From positions 22,568,001-22,632,000 of the forward strand of contig OZ024752.1 of NCBI GenBank assembly GCA_964016885.1: a stretch of DNA of 64,000 nucleotides. The letters are read 5' to 3'. The notes beneath the pieces are model-generated. The model had not been told where the DNA came from and did no database searches. It saw only the letters and a list, made by a program, of their open reading frames with translations. This document shows positions 28,032-39,569 of this stretch, in pieces. The stretch's first letter is position 1. The number at the start of each line of letters is the position of its first letter. A program made the translations under genes and the position numbers. Source of the stretch: Eledone cirrhosa (Eukaryota).

Positions 28032-28676
28032 AACTTTAAAGGTAGAACAAACACTTTAAAGGTAGAACAAACACTTTAAAGGTAGAACAAACAACTTTAA
28101 AGGTAGAACAAACAACTTTAAAGGTAGAACAAACACTTTAAAGGTAGAACAAACAACTTTAAAGGTAGAACAAACAACTTTAAAGGTAGAACAAACAACT
28201 TTAAAGGTAGAACAAACACTTTAAAGGTAGAACAAACAACTTTAAAGGTAGAACAAACACTTTAAAGGTAGAACAAACACTTTAAAGGTAGAACAAACAA
28301 CTTTAAAGGTAGAACAAACAACTTTAAAGGTAGAACAAACACTTTAAAGGTAGAACAAACAACTTTAAAGGTAGAACAAACAACTTTAAAGGTAGAACAA
28401 ACAACTTTAAAGGTAGAACAAACACTTTAAAGGTAGAACAAACAACTTTAAAGGTAGAACAAACACTTTAAAGGTAGAACAAACAACTTTAAAGGTAGAA
28501 CAAACACTTTAAAGGTAGAACAAACAACTTTAAAGGTAGAACAAACACTTTAAAGGTAGAACAAACAACTTTAAAGGTAGAACAAACACTTTAAAGGTAG
28601 AACAAACAACTTTAAAGGTAGAATAAACACTTTAAAGTTAGAACAAACACTTTAAAGGTAGAACAAACAACTTTAA
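28032..28676. repeat. 20/21-bp minisatellite (about 31 units)
   Basis: Unit (a)actttaaaggtagaacaaac, with no spacers. Confidence 0.97.
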
Positions 28677-29231
28677 CATGACTTTGGGTACCATTAGGTT
28701 GTCTGTTCTGTTCCAGACAGGGCAAAGGTTGAATTGTTACTTTGGTCTATTGATTTTCTCACTGATGTTTACATTTCTTACCGATATATTGCAAACAAAT
28801 AATATAGTACATACATATATAGATCGACCTCCATTCCAGCTGCAGACCTGCCAACCTCTAAAAACCCTAAAGGGGTGTATCATGAAAAAAGTGTCCTAAA
28901 ACGGGGAGAAATGAGGCAAAATGGGGAGATTTTACACAATGAAAGCTATACCCATTTTCACAAGAGAAAACAACTCTCGCCCACCCCAAAGTGGGTGGGA
29001 GATCTCCCCGTCGGGCAGGGAGAGTTGACAGGTCTGTTCGGAAAACGGAACAGCCTTCGCATGAAATTAATGTGAAAGTAAGTGAGCATTCCACAGACAC
29101 GTGTACTCGTAACGTAGTTCTCAGGGAGAGTATCAAGGCTGGCCATTTGAATTAGAAATACAACCCGTTTTTTTCCCAGCTGAGTTGACTGGAGCAATGT
29201 GAAATAAAGTGTCTTGTTCAAGTAATGTAAT

Positions 29232-29412
29232 AATTGTTTCTACTTTAGGCACAAGGCCAGCAATTATCCAGTGCATTACTGGTACTTTATTTTATCGACC
29301 CTCTAAGGATGAAAGGCAAAGTTAACCTAGCGGGATTTGAACTCAGAACGTAAAGGGACATAACTCCTATGTTGCAAAGCATGGTGTCCGACGCTCTGCC
29401 ACAACTGCCAAC
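29232..29412 (-). mobile_element. tRNA-derived SINE
   Basis: B box gagttcaaatcc; core aactttgcctttcatcc..gtcgataaa; copies at 32457-32630 and 46989-47175. Confidence 0.8.
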
Positions 29413-29447
29413 GTATATTCGTATATGCGTGTGTATTTTGTATGTAT

Positions 29448-30980
29448 CATCATCATCATCATCATCGTTTAACGTCCATCTTCCACGCTAGCATGGGTTT
29501 GGACGGGAGTTTTCCCACTTGAGGCAAGATTGGTTGACTTGCTCGTATAGGACTGCCTAGCGGGTTTTCTACGGCTGGATGCCCTTCCTAACACCAACCA
29601 CGTTTACAGTGTGGACTGGGAGGTTTTTACCGTGTTACCTACACGGCCACATTACAGCGTGGACTGTGTGTGTTTTTTTTGTATTGACACCTACACGACC
29701 TCATTTGTTTCGGCCTGGATGTTGTGGTACCAACATAACTTTACATTGAAAGGGGTGGTGTGGATGGGGTGGGGGTAGTGGGATGGGGGTGTATTTTTGT
29801 TAGAGGTGCCTACTGACTGTAGGTCTCGCTTTGTACTTAGGCAAGGCGGGTCTTCTGTATTACTGTGTAGCGCCAAAGATCTCGGCCAGTGACATTGTCT
29901 TGGAGAGGTGTAAGTGCGTGAGGTCGGAATTTATCAAGTCGTCCCAGGTTTTTCTGGGTCTGCCTTCTCCGTGGCTACCATCTATTTTTATCGCCCTGCA
30001 CTTTTTTATACAGCTGTCGTCTGTCATGCGCATAACGTGACCGTACCAACGTAGTCTTCTCTCGAGTAAACAACATCTGATCCATCTTATTCCTAATTTC
30101 TCCCTTAGTTTATTTATGCTTTGCCGTTCACGTATATAACTATTACATCCAGCGGAGCATGCAAGCTTCGTTCTTCTCCAGTCTGCGTATATCCTCTGCA
30201 CACAATGCCCAAGTCTCACTGCCATGTAACATTGCTGTTCGTATGCAGGCATCATACAGCCAGCCTTTCATTTTTAGAGAGAACCCTTTAGCGGCCAATA
30301 GTGGTATAAGCTCTCTGAACTTTTTCCATCCCGTTCTGACTCTAGCTACTGTACTTTCAGAGCACCCTCCACCACTGCTGATTTTGTCACTCAGGTAACA
30401 GGTGTCCACTATTTCTATAGAACCATCTGTGCAATGGAATGAGCTAGTATTCTGTGGGCACTTGCTGCTACTTATTGCACCTGAGCACCGGCCACATATA
30501 AAATCTATATTCTTAGTTAGCTTACTTGTGATCCCACTACATCTTTTATGCACCCATACTTTGCATTTGGGACATAAAATGGAGTTCCTGCCTACTCCTT
30601 TCCTACACACTGAGCATGGCCATTTCCCAGATGGGACCGGTGCCCTATTTTCCTTCCTACAAACTAGAACTTTAGTCTTAGACAGGTTAATTTTAAGGCC
30701 TTTTGATTCTAGGCCATGCTTGCATGTTTGGAATTTCTTCTCTAGTTCAGCCATTGATTCAGCTATGAGCGTTAGATCATCTGCGTATAGGAGTTCCCAT
30801 GGGCAGCCGGTCTTGAACTCCTCTGTTATAGCCTGAAGGGCAATAATAAATAGTATGGGGCTAAGAACGGAGCCCTGATGAACACCAACTTTTACGCTAA
30901 ACTCTTCACTATATTCGTTGTTAACTCTAACCCTGCTGACTGTTTCTTTATACATGGCTTGTATAGCTCTCACAAGCCAT
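29448..30980 (-). mobile_element. RTE LINE family B, 5'-truncated
   Basis: ORFs 30143..30973 and 29860..30255 (YADD, PHD-like finger), long 3' UTR, (GAT)n tail. Confidence 0.93.
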
Positions 30981-31386
30981 GTATGTATGTATATTCATAT
31001 GTGTGTGCGTGTAAATGTATGTTTGTATGTATATTCATGTGTGTGTGTGTGTGTACATGTATGTTTGTATGTACGTGAGATTCCAACGGCATGACAAATA
31101 AGAAACGAAGCAAGTTATATATGCTTTTATATGTAAAGATATTATCAGAAAATACAACAAAAGTGAATGTAACAGTATATATGTGTGTTTAAAATAATTA
31201 TCATGACTCTCACGGTGGTTTGTTTAACTTTAAATACACATCTAATAAACATTTGTGAAAGAAATTTAATACCGATATTTCTTATACTGATTCTGATAGT
31301 TTTGTTCTTCCATACTTTTCTTTTTAGAAACGTTCTTTTAAATTTCTCTCGGTCATTCACTCTGAAATATTTCCGTATCCGTGTTT

Positions 31387-31459
31387 AGTCACGTGACTTT
31401 TGATGTTTTTTTAAAGACGAAACTTTTATCAACAAGAAGAAAACGGCATAATGGTGAGT
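31387..31459 (+). promoter_or_regulatory. Candidate promoter E-box/CLEAR-like palindrome and ATG-terminated first exon of an unidentified gene
   Basis: agtcacgtgact at 31387-31398; ATG at 31451-31453 immediately followed by the consensus donor GTGAGT; unique sequence retaining CpGs. Confidence 0.45.
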
Positions 31460-31610
31460 AAAGAAATTTCGTTTTTTATTATCTACATTATCTATGTATC
31501 AAAAGCAAATAAAAATCAAAATCTGAAACGAGATAACTTACTTGTTACTCACTAATGGCTTGGTGTAGATTCGAGTACCTGTGTATGTCTATATAATGAT
31601 ATAATTTGTT

Positions 31611-31645
<35 letters not shown>

Positions 31646-32456
31646 ATATATATATATATAATATATAATATATATATATATAGAGAGAGAGAGAGACAGT
31701 TGAACTTTGTTAAAGCTTTCTTTGCTTAATTAAGTCTGTGCGTCTTTCTGGTAATCTTCTTTGTAGAAGATATCTATCTTTCTATCTATTCAATCGCAAT
31801 ATTTATCTGTTACTATTTAACCGAATTGTCACGATAGATCGATCTGATTTTTGAAAAGGTAAACTCGAAACAAACATTTTAGAAAGAAAAAAATAATGTA
31901 CTCGTCAACAATAAATAATATTCTGACAAATGATGGTTGATATTGTCAGTAATGTTTCACAAGCGAAACCAAACACCCATTTTTTCTGACGACGTGACAT
32001 TACATACAAAAACAAATCAATAAACAAACTAACAAAAAAAAAAGAAAAAAAAAACACACCAAAATAAGTAAGCAAGATGATATTATTCAAACTGAAGATA
32101 ACTGGAAGTTTTAGTTCACAATTTAGTAGATAACATCAAAAAGAAATTTGGTAAAAGTCGATTCCAGTTTCCAATGGTTACTTGGTATCGGGTTACTCGT
32201 AAATAAACAAGTGCATTCTTGGGAAACACCCACTGAAAAGAGCTTTAGTTATTTTTCTCCTATTCATTCTGTTCTGCTGGCTTATTTCACACCAGATCGA
32301 CCTTACTCAGGCAGACCTATGAAGCAAAGGCGTTCTAGCCGTGACACCCTTATCTTTCTAACATAGTATATTTAAAACTATATTACCCCACGTGTCTTGT
32401 TTTGTTTTTTTATTATGCCAGGCTGTTTTCCAAGGAGATTTCGCTGCTATATATAT

Positions 32457-32630
32457 AATTGTTTCTACTTTTGGCACAAGGCCAGCAATTAGCCAGTGCA
32501 TTACTGGTACTTTATTTCATCGACCCTGTGAGGATGAAAGGCAAAGTTAACCTCGGCGGGATTTGAACTCAGAATGGCGAGGACCGTAACCCTATGGTCA
32601 AAGCATGGTGTCCGACCCTCTACCGATTGT
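32457..32630 (-). mobile_element. tRNA-derived SINE
   Basis: Near-copy of 29232-29412. Confidence 0.8.
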
Positions 32631-33849
32631 ACAGCAGTTCTCTCTCCAATGTCGCAGGAATTTGTTGTAATATAAATATTTATGTTACATCACGTCTTCT
32701 TTTTAATGCATAAATAATTGTAGACGTGTCATTATCTGTACCCACCCAATTCTTTCTGCCCTCGTTCTCTCCTCCTATCTACCAGCTTTTAGATATTCCT
32801 CAAGACATTTGTATGGTCCCGTAACTCCTCGTAGGGGCACCGTATTGACATACGGCGTTTCATGAGCATTTTAAGCCTGGCGGAACCCAATACTCTTCAG
32901 GGTACAGCAGATTTCTTCCAGAGAAAGATAGAAAGTAGGAGAGAGGAAGAATCGACCTCAGTACTTAACTGGTATTTTTTTTATCGATCTCGAAAGGATG
33001 AAAGGCAAAGTTGACCCCAGTGGGATTTGAACTCAGAGAGCAGCGAGAAAGCCTCTACAGCTTCTGCAAGCATGGACATACTAACACAGAAATGTCTGTT
33101 TTTGTATAAATATATATATATATCATCATCATCACCGTTTTACGTCCGTTCTTCCACGCTAGGATGGGTTAGACAGGTTGTCATGTTGTGGGCAGTAGCC
33201 GGTCGGCTGATATGGGAACTGATTCTGGCTTGATTTCTACTGCTGGATGCCCTTCCTAACACCAACCTCATTTACAGTGAGTGCTGGGTGCTTTTTTTCC
33301 GTGGTGCCTACATGTCCACTTTACTGTGTGGGCTGGGTGCTTTTTTGCCGAGGCACCTCCACGACCACTTTGCAGTGGGAGGGTGTGGGGGCATATTGTC
33401 TATATGCTTCAGCTTCGGCTTGTACCCGGTGGGGGTCGGGTCTTCTGTATTACTGCGTGACGCCAGAGGTCACTATAGTGCCATTTCGTTAACTGTAAAC
33501 TTTGATTTAACATCGATCTATGTGAACAGATATCGATTACAAACGATTGATTATAATTAAACCACAGCAAACTCAGAAACCTCGTGAGAGGTATAGTCTT
33601 TAGCATCTAATGGAAAAATAGAAGCAAAAAAAGGTAGTATATTGAGCAATATACTTGCAGATATCTGGAGAGAAGTTTAAGACGCCACACCGTGTTAAAA
33701 ACCACATATGAGAAAACGCATTGTGTAAGGACGACAACGACAGCTATGATGATAACGACATTAAACCCTAGGCAAGAGATATCAACAAAAAGTGGACATT
33801 CAGTCTGTTAGAAATAGGTGCGGAAATTATAGTCACATCAATATATATA

Positions 33850-33919
33850 TAATGTATAATAAACAATACAATATAATTACCTCATGAGGTAATTATATTG
33901 TATTGTTTATTATACATTA
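33850..33919. repeat. Perfect 70-bp palindrome
   Basis: Centre ctca|tgag at 33884/33885; arms compared by eye. Confidence 0.9.
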
Positions 33920-34017
33920 AATTTAGCTCTGTAAATTACATAGAGCACTCTTCACTCCTATGACTTTTTCAATTTTCAACGGAAACTTCAATACTATATA
34001 TATATATATATATATAT

Positions 34018-35650
34018 CATCATCATCATCATCTTCGTTTAATGTCCACATTCCACGCTAGCATGGGTTAGACGGGAGTTGTCCCACTTGAGGCAAGGTT
34101 TGGTCGGGTGACCGTGTCTCGCTCATATAGGACTATCTGGCAGGTTTTCTACGGCTGGATGCCCTTCCTAACACCAAACACATTTACAGTGTGGAACTGT
34201 GAACTTTTTACCGTGTTACCTACACGGCCACATTACAGCGTGGACTGTGTGTTTTTTTCTCGTGACATCTACACGATCTCGATCTCATTTATCTCATTTA
34301 TTTGGACTGGATGTTGTGGTACAAACTTTATAGAGAGAGGGTGGTGTTGGTGGGAGTGGGAGGATAGGGTAAGGGTAGTGGATTGGGGTGTATATTTGGT
34401 TAAGAGGTGCCTACTGACTGTAGATTTCGCTTTGTACACAGGCAAGGCGGGTCTTCTGTATTCCTGCGTAGCGCCAACGATCTCGGTCCAGTGACATTGT
34501 CTTAGAGAGGTGCAAGTGTGTAAGGTCGGAATTTATCAGATCGTCCCAGGTTTTTCTGGTTCTACCTACTCCGTAACTACCATCAATTTTGATCGCCCTG
34601 CACTTTTTTATACAGCTGTCGTCTTTCATGCACAGCACGTGGCCATACCAACGTATTCTTCTCTCGAGTAAACAGCATCTGATCCCTCTTATTCCTAATT
34701 TCTCACTTAGTTCATTTATGCTTTGCCGTTCACGTATATTATTATTACACATCCAACGGAGCATGCATGCTTCGTTCCTTTCCAGTCTAAGCAGGTCCTC
34801 TGCACGCAATGCCCATGTTTCACTGCCATGTAGCATTGCTGTTTGTATACAAGCATCATACAATCTGCCTTTCATTTTTAGAGAGAACCCTTTTGTGGCC
34901 AACAGCGGTATAAGCTCACTGAACTTTTTCCATTCCGTTCTGACTTTCAGAACACTGTTCTACTGTACTTTCAGAACACCCTACACCACTGCTGATTTCG
35001 TCACCCAGGTAACGGAAAGTGTCTACTATTTCTATAGAACCATCTGGGCAATAGAAGGGGCTAGTATCCTGTGGACACTTGCTACCTATTGCACCTGAGC
35101 ATCAGCCACATATAAAGTCTACGTTGTTAGATAGTTTACCTGTGATCCCACTACATCTTTTATGTACCCATACTTTGCATTTGGGACATAAAATTGAATT
35201 TCTGCCTACTCCCTTCCTACACACTGAGCAAGGCCATTTCCCTGCGGGTACCTGTGCCTTATTTTCCTTTCTACAAACTAGGACTTTAGTCTTAGACAAG
35301 TTAACTTTAAGGCCTTTTGATTCTAGGCCATGTTTCCATGTTTGGAATTTCTTTTATAGTTCAGCCATTGATTCAGCTATGAGCGTTAGATCATCTGCGT
35401 ATAGGAGTTCCCATGGGCAGCCGGTCTTGAACTCCTCTGTTATAGCCTGAAGGGCAATAATAAATAGGAGGGGGCTAAGGACAGAGCCTTGGTGAACACC
35501 AATTTTTACACTAAATTCTTCACAATATTCATTGTTAATTCTAACCTTACTGACTGTTTCATTATACATAGCTTGTATAGCTCTCACAAGCCATTCATCT
35601 ACACCTAGTTTTCTAAGAGCCCACCAGATAATGGAGCGAGGGACTCTGTC
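34018..35650 (-). mobile_element. RTE LINE family B, 5'-truncated and decayed
   Basis: ORFs 35354..35689, 35102..35299 and 34411..34902; 3' UTR and tail present. Confidence 0.92.
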
Positions 35651-35677
35651 ATATATATATATATATATACACACACA

Positions 35678-36845
35678 CATCATTACCATTTTTATGTCAA
35701 CTTTTCCATGCTAACATGGGCTAGATGAGTTGTCACATGATGAGACAAGTAACATCAAGTGAACATGTCTTGTTCATATAGAACTGTTTCTAGCTTGGTT
35801 TCTATGGCTAGACACCATTCCTAATTCCAACCACATTTATAGTGGGAGGTGATTGGTTTTTATTTTGAACCAAAATGACCATCTGACAGGGTGGACTGGG
35901 TGATTTTTCATTGTGGTACCATCACAACCACTTACAGAATAGACTAGGTGCTTTTTGTAATGTCACCAGCAGGCCCAGGTACAGAGTGGAGTGGGTGCTT
36001 TTTGACGAGTCACCAGTTCAACCACCTTACATTCTTGTTGTGGCAGCATGACTGTAGGAGAGCAGGCGTGTAATGTCTCCAACTTCCCATGCTTGTATGC
36101 ATGGGTTGGACAAGAGAGGTGTATTGGGGAGATGTGGAAGACAGGGCTTGGGGAAGGGCGTGAAGCTGATATGCAGAATGGGGATGGGAGAGCTGAATGA
36201 GAGCGAGCTAAGATGAGATAGTACTTAGTTGGTGAGGTGGGTGGAATGGATAAGTATTATGATGTTGGAAGGTGTATGGGAGGTGGGGATTGGTGTAGAC
36301 TAGTGTCCTCTAGATGTTTGCTTCATCCTGTGCACATGGGAAGGTGGGTCTTCTGTGGTACAACAGAAGACCCACCTTCTGGATAGCTTTTGAATAGTTT
36401 AATTGGGCATGGTCAGCTTTTATCACTTCATGGGTCTTCCTCATCCATAGTTTTCTTCAATTCAAGCACCCTGAACCTTTTGATATAGATGTCATCCTCC
36501 ATATGCATCACATATCCATACCACTGCAATCTCCTTTCTTGCAACCTGCATCTGAGCCCTCTTATGCCCAGTTTCTCTCCCAGTTCATTGACACTTTTCC
36601 ATTCATGTATACTACTAGTACACATCTATTGAAGCCTGCAAGTTTTATTTCTTTCCAATCTTTGTAAGTCTTCTGCACACAGCACCCAGGTCTTACTACC
36701 ATGCAGCATTGCTGTTTACTCATAAGCATCATACAATCTGCCTTTCATTTTGAGGAAAAAAACCTTTTGTAGCTAGCAGCAGTAGTAGCTTCCTGAACTT
36801 TTTCCATATCATTCTTACTCTGGCTACTATACGCTCAAAATATCC
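35678..36845 (-). mobile_element. Older RTE LINE 3' fragment
   Basis: ELGEKLGIRGLRCRLQERRLQWYGYV and a degenerate 3' UTR module. Confidence 0.75.
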
Positions 36846-36851
36846 ATGGAC

Positions 36852-36914
<63 letters not shown>

Positions 36915-36916
36915 CT

Positions 36917-39563
36917 CAGGAGAAAAATATGGAAGCTAAAGGACCCCACCGCCAGAAATAAATTCAAAAGTATACTACTTGATGCTTTCGACAGTAAGGA
37001 AGAGCAATTAGAGTCGTACAATATAGAGGAGCAGTGGGAATTCCTGAAAGCAAACCTGCTGATGGCGGCAGATGAAGTCTGTGGCTGGAGCAGACCTGTA
37101 GGCAGGAGGAGAGTAACATGGTGGTGGAACAGTAAGGTGGAGGGGGCAATTAAGGCCAAAAAGCAGGCTTGGAAAGTATGGCGGGATGGGGGAAGCAGAG
37201 AAGACTATAAAGTGGCCAGGAGGGAAGCTAGGAGACAAGTGTACTTTGCAAGAAGGGAAGCAGAGGAAAGAAAGTTCAAGCATGTTCTACAACGCGAGGA
37301 CCAAAAACGTGAGGTGTTCAGGATTGCTAGGCAATGTGTCAAGGAAAACCGTGATATTGTCGGGGAGAAGTGTGTACTTAATGATGACGGCGTACTTGCC
37401 ATCACCGACACTGATAAGAAGGTAGCTTGGAAGTGTCACTATGAAAGGCTACTAAATGAGGAGAATAAATGGGAGAAAGACAGTCTCCCCCACATCGACC
37501 CAATAGAGGGACCAGCAGTGTTAGTCGAGGGTAGTATAATAAGTAAGGCAATCAAAGATATGAAGACGGGTAAGGCGGCTGGGCCTTCGGAAATAGTTGC
37601 CGAGATGCTGAAGGCATCTGGTACGGTGGGACACACCATGGTCACCCGGATAGTTAACCAAGTCGTACAGAATGGGGTTGTTCCGAAGGACTGGCGTAGC
37701 AGCATCATCGTTAACTGTTATAAGGGTAAAGGAGATGCCCTAGATAGGAGTAACTATAGAGGCATTAAATTAATCGACCAGGTCATGAAGGTCACGGAAA
37801 AAGTAATAGCGCAACTAATCAGAGAGAGAATTGATCTAGATGAAATGCAGTTCGGGTTTGTGTCAGGCAAAAGTACCACAGACGCTCTTTTCATTGTACG
37901 ACAACTACAGGAGAAGTACCTAGCTAAAAGTAAACCCCTATACTTAGCTTTTGTCGACTTGGAGAAAGCCTTCGACAGAGTCCCCCGTTGCATTATCTGG
38001 TGGGCTCTTAGAAAACTAAGTGTTGACGAATGGCTTGTGAGAGCTATACAAGCCATGTATAAAGAAACAGTCAACAAGGTTAGAATTAACAACGAATATA
38101 GTGAAGAGTTTAGCGTAAAAGTTGGCGTCCATCAGGGCTCTGTTCTCAGCCCCCTACTATTTATTATTGCCCTTCAGGCTATAACAGAGGAGTTCAAGAC
38201 CGGTTGCCCATGGGAACTCCTATATGCAGATGACCTAACACTCATAGCTGAATCAATGGCTGAACTAGAGAAGAAATTCCAAACATGGAAGCATGGCCTA
38301 GAATCAAAAGGCCTTAAAATTAACCTGTCTAAGACTAAAGTTCTAGTTTGTAGGAAGGAAAATAGGGCACCGGTCCCATCTGGGAAATGGCCATGCTCAG
38401 TGTGTAGGAAAGGAGTAGGCAGGAACTCCATTTTATGTCCAAAATGCAAAGTATGGGTGCATAAAAGATGTAGTGGGATCACAGGTAAGCTAACTAAGAA
38501 CATAGATTTTACATGTAGCCGGTGCTCTGGTGCAATAAGTAGCAGCAAGTGCCCACAAAATACTAGCTCTTTCAACTGCGCAGAGGGTTCTATAGAAATA
38601 GTGGACAGCTTCCGTTACCTGGGTGACAAAATCAGCAGTGGTGGAGGGTGCTCTGAAAGTACAGTAGCTAGAGTCAGAACTGGATGGAAAAAGTTCAGAG
38701 AGCTTATACCACTATTAGCCGCTAAAGGGTTCTCCCTAAAAATGAAAGGCAGGTTGTATGATGCCTGCATACGAACAGCAATGTTGCATGGCAGTGAGAC
38801 CTGGGCATTGTGTGCAGAGGATATACGCAGACTAGAGAGGAACGAAGCTTGCATGCTCCGCTGGATGTGTAATAGTAATATACGTGAATGGCAAAGCATA
38901 AACGAACTAAGGAAAAAATTAGAAATAAGAGGGATCAGATGTTGTTTACTCGAGAGAAGGCTACGTTGGTATGGTCACGTGATGCGCATGAAAGACGATA
39001 GCTGTATAACAAAGTGCAGGGCAATAAAGATAGACAGTAGCCACGGAATAGGCAGATCCAGAAAAACCTGGGACGAGCTGATAAATTCCGACCTCACACA
39101 CTTACACCTCTCCAAGACAATGTCACTGGACCGAGACCTTTGGCGGTACTCAGTAATAGAGAAGACCCGCCTTACCTAAATACAAAGTAAAACCTACTAC
39201 AGTCAGTAGGCATCTCTAACAAAATACACGCCCGTCCCACTACCCCCACCCCATCCACACCGCCCCTTTCAATGTAAAGTTATGGTGGTGCCACAACATC
39301 CAGGCCGAAATAAATGAGATCGTGTAGGTGTCACGACAAAAAACACACAGTTCACGCTGTAATGTGGCCGTGTAGGCAACACGGTAAAAACCTCCCAGTC
39401 CCACACTGTAAATGTGGTTGGTGTTAGGAAGGGCATCCAGCTGTAGAAAACCCGCCAGATAGTCCTATGCGAGCAAGATAATCACTCTTGCCTCAAGTGG
39501 GAAAACACCCGTCCAAACCCATGCAAGCGTAGAACACGGACGTTAAACGTTGATGATGATGAT
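36917..39563 (+). mobile_element. RTE LINE family B, young copy lacking the endonuclease, with an open RT ORF
   Basis: Uninterrupted frame to the stop at 39179 with AFVDLEKAFDRV, GVHQGS, LYADDL and a PHD-like finger; about 380-nt 3' UTR ending in (GAT)n. Confidence 0.95.
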
Positions 39564-39569
39564 ATATAT

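Noticed and set aside
28032-28676. CRISPR-like or telomere-like array
   Set aside because: There are no spacers and it is not a G-rich telomeric unit; it is an ordinary minisatellite.
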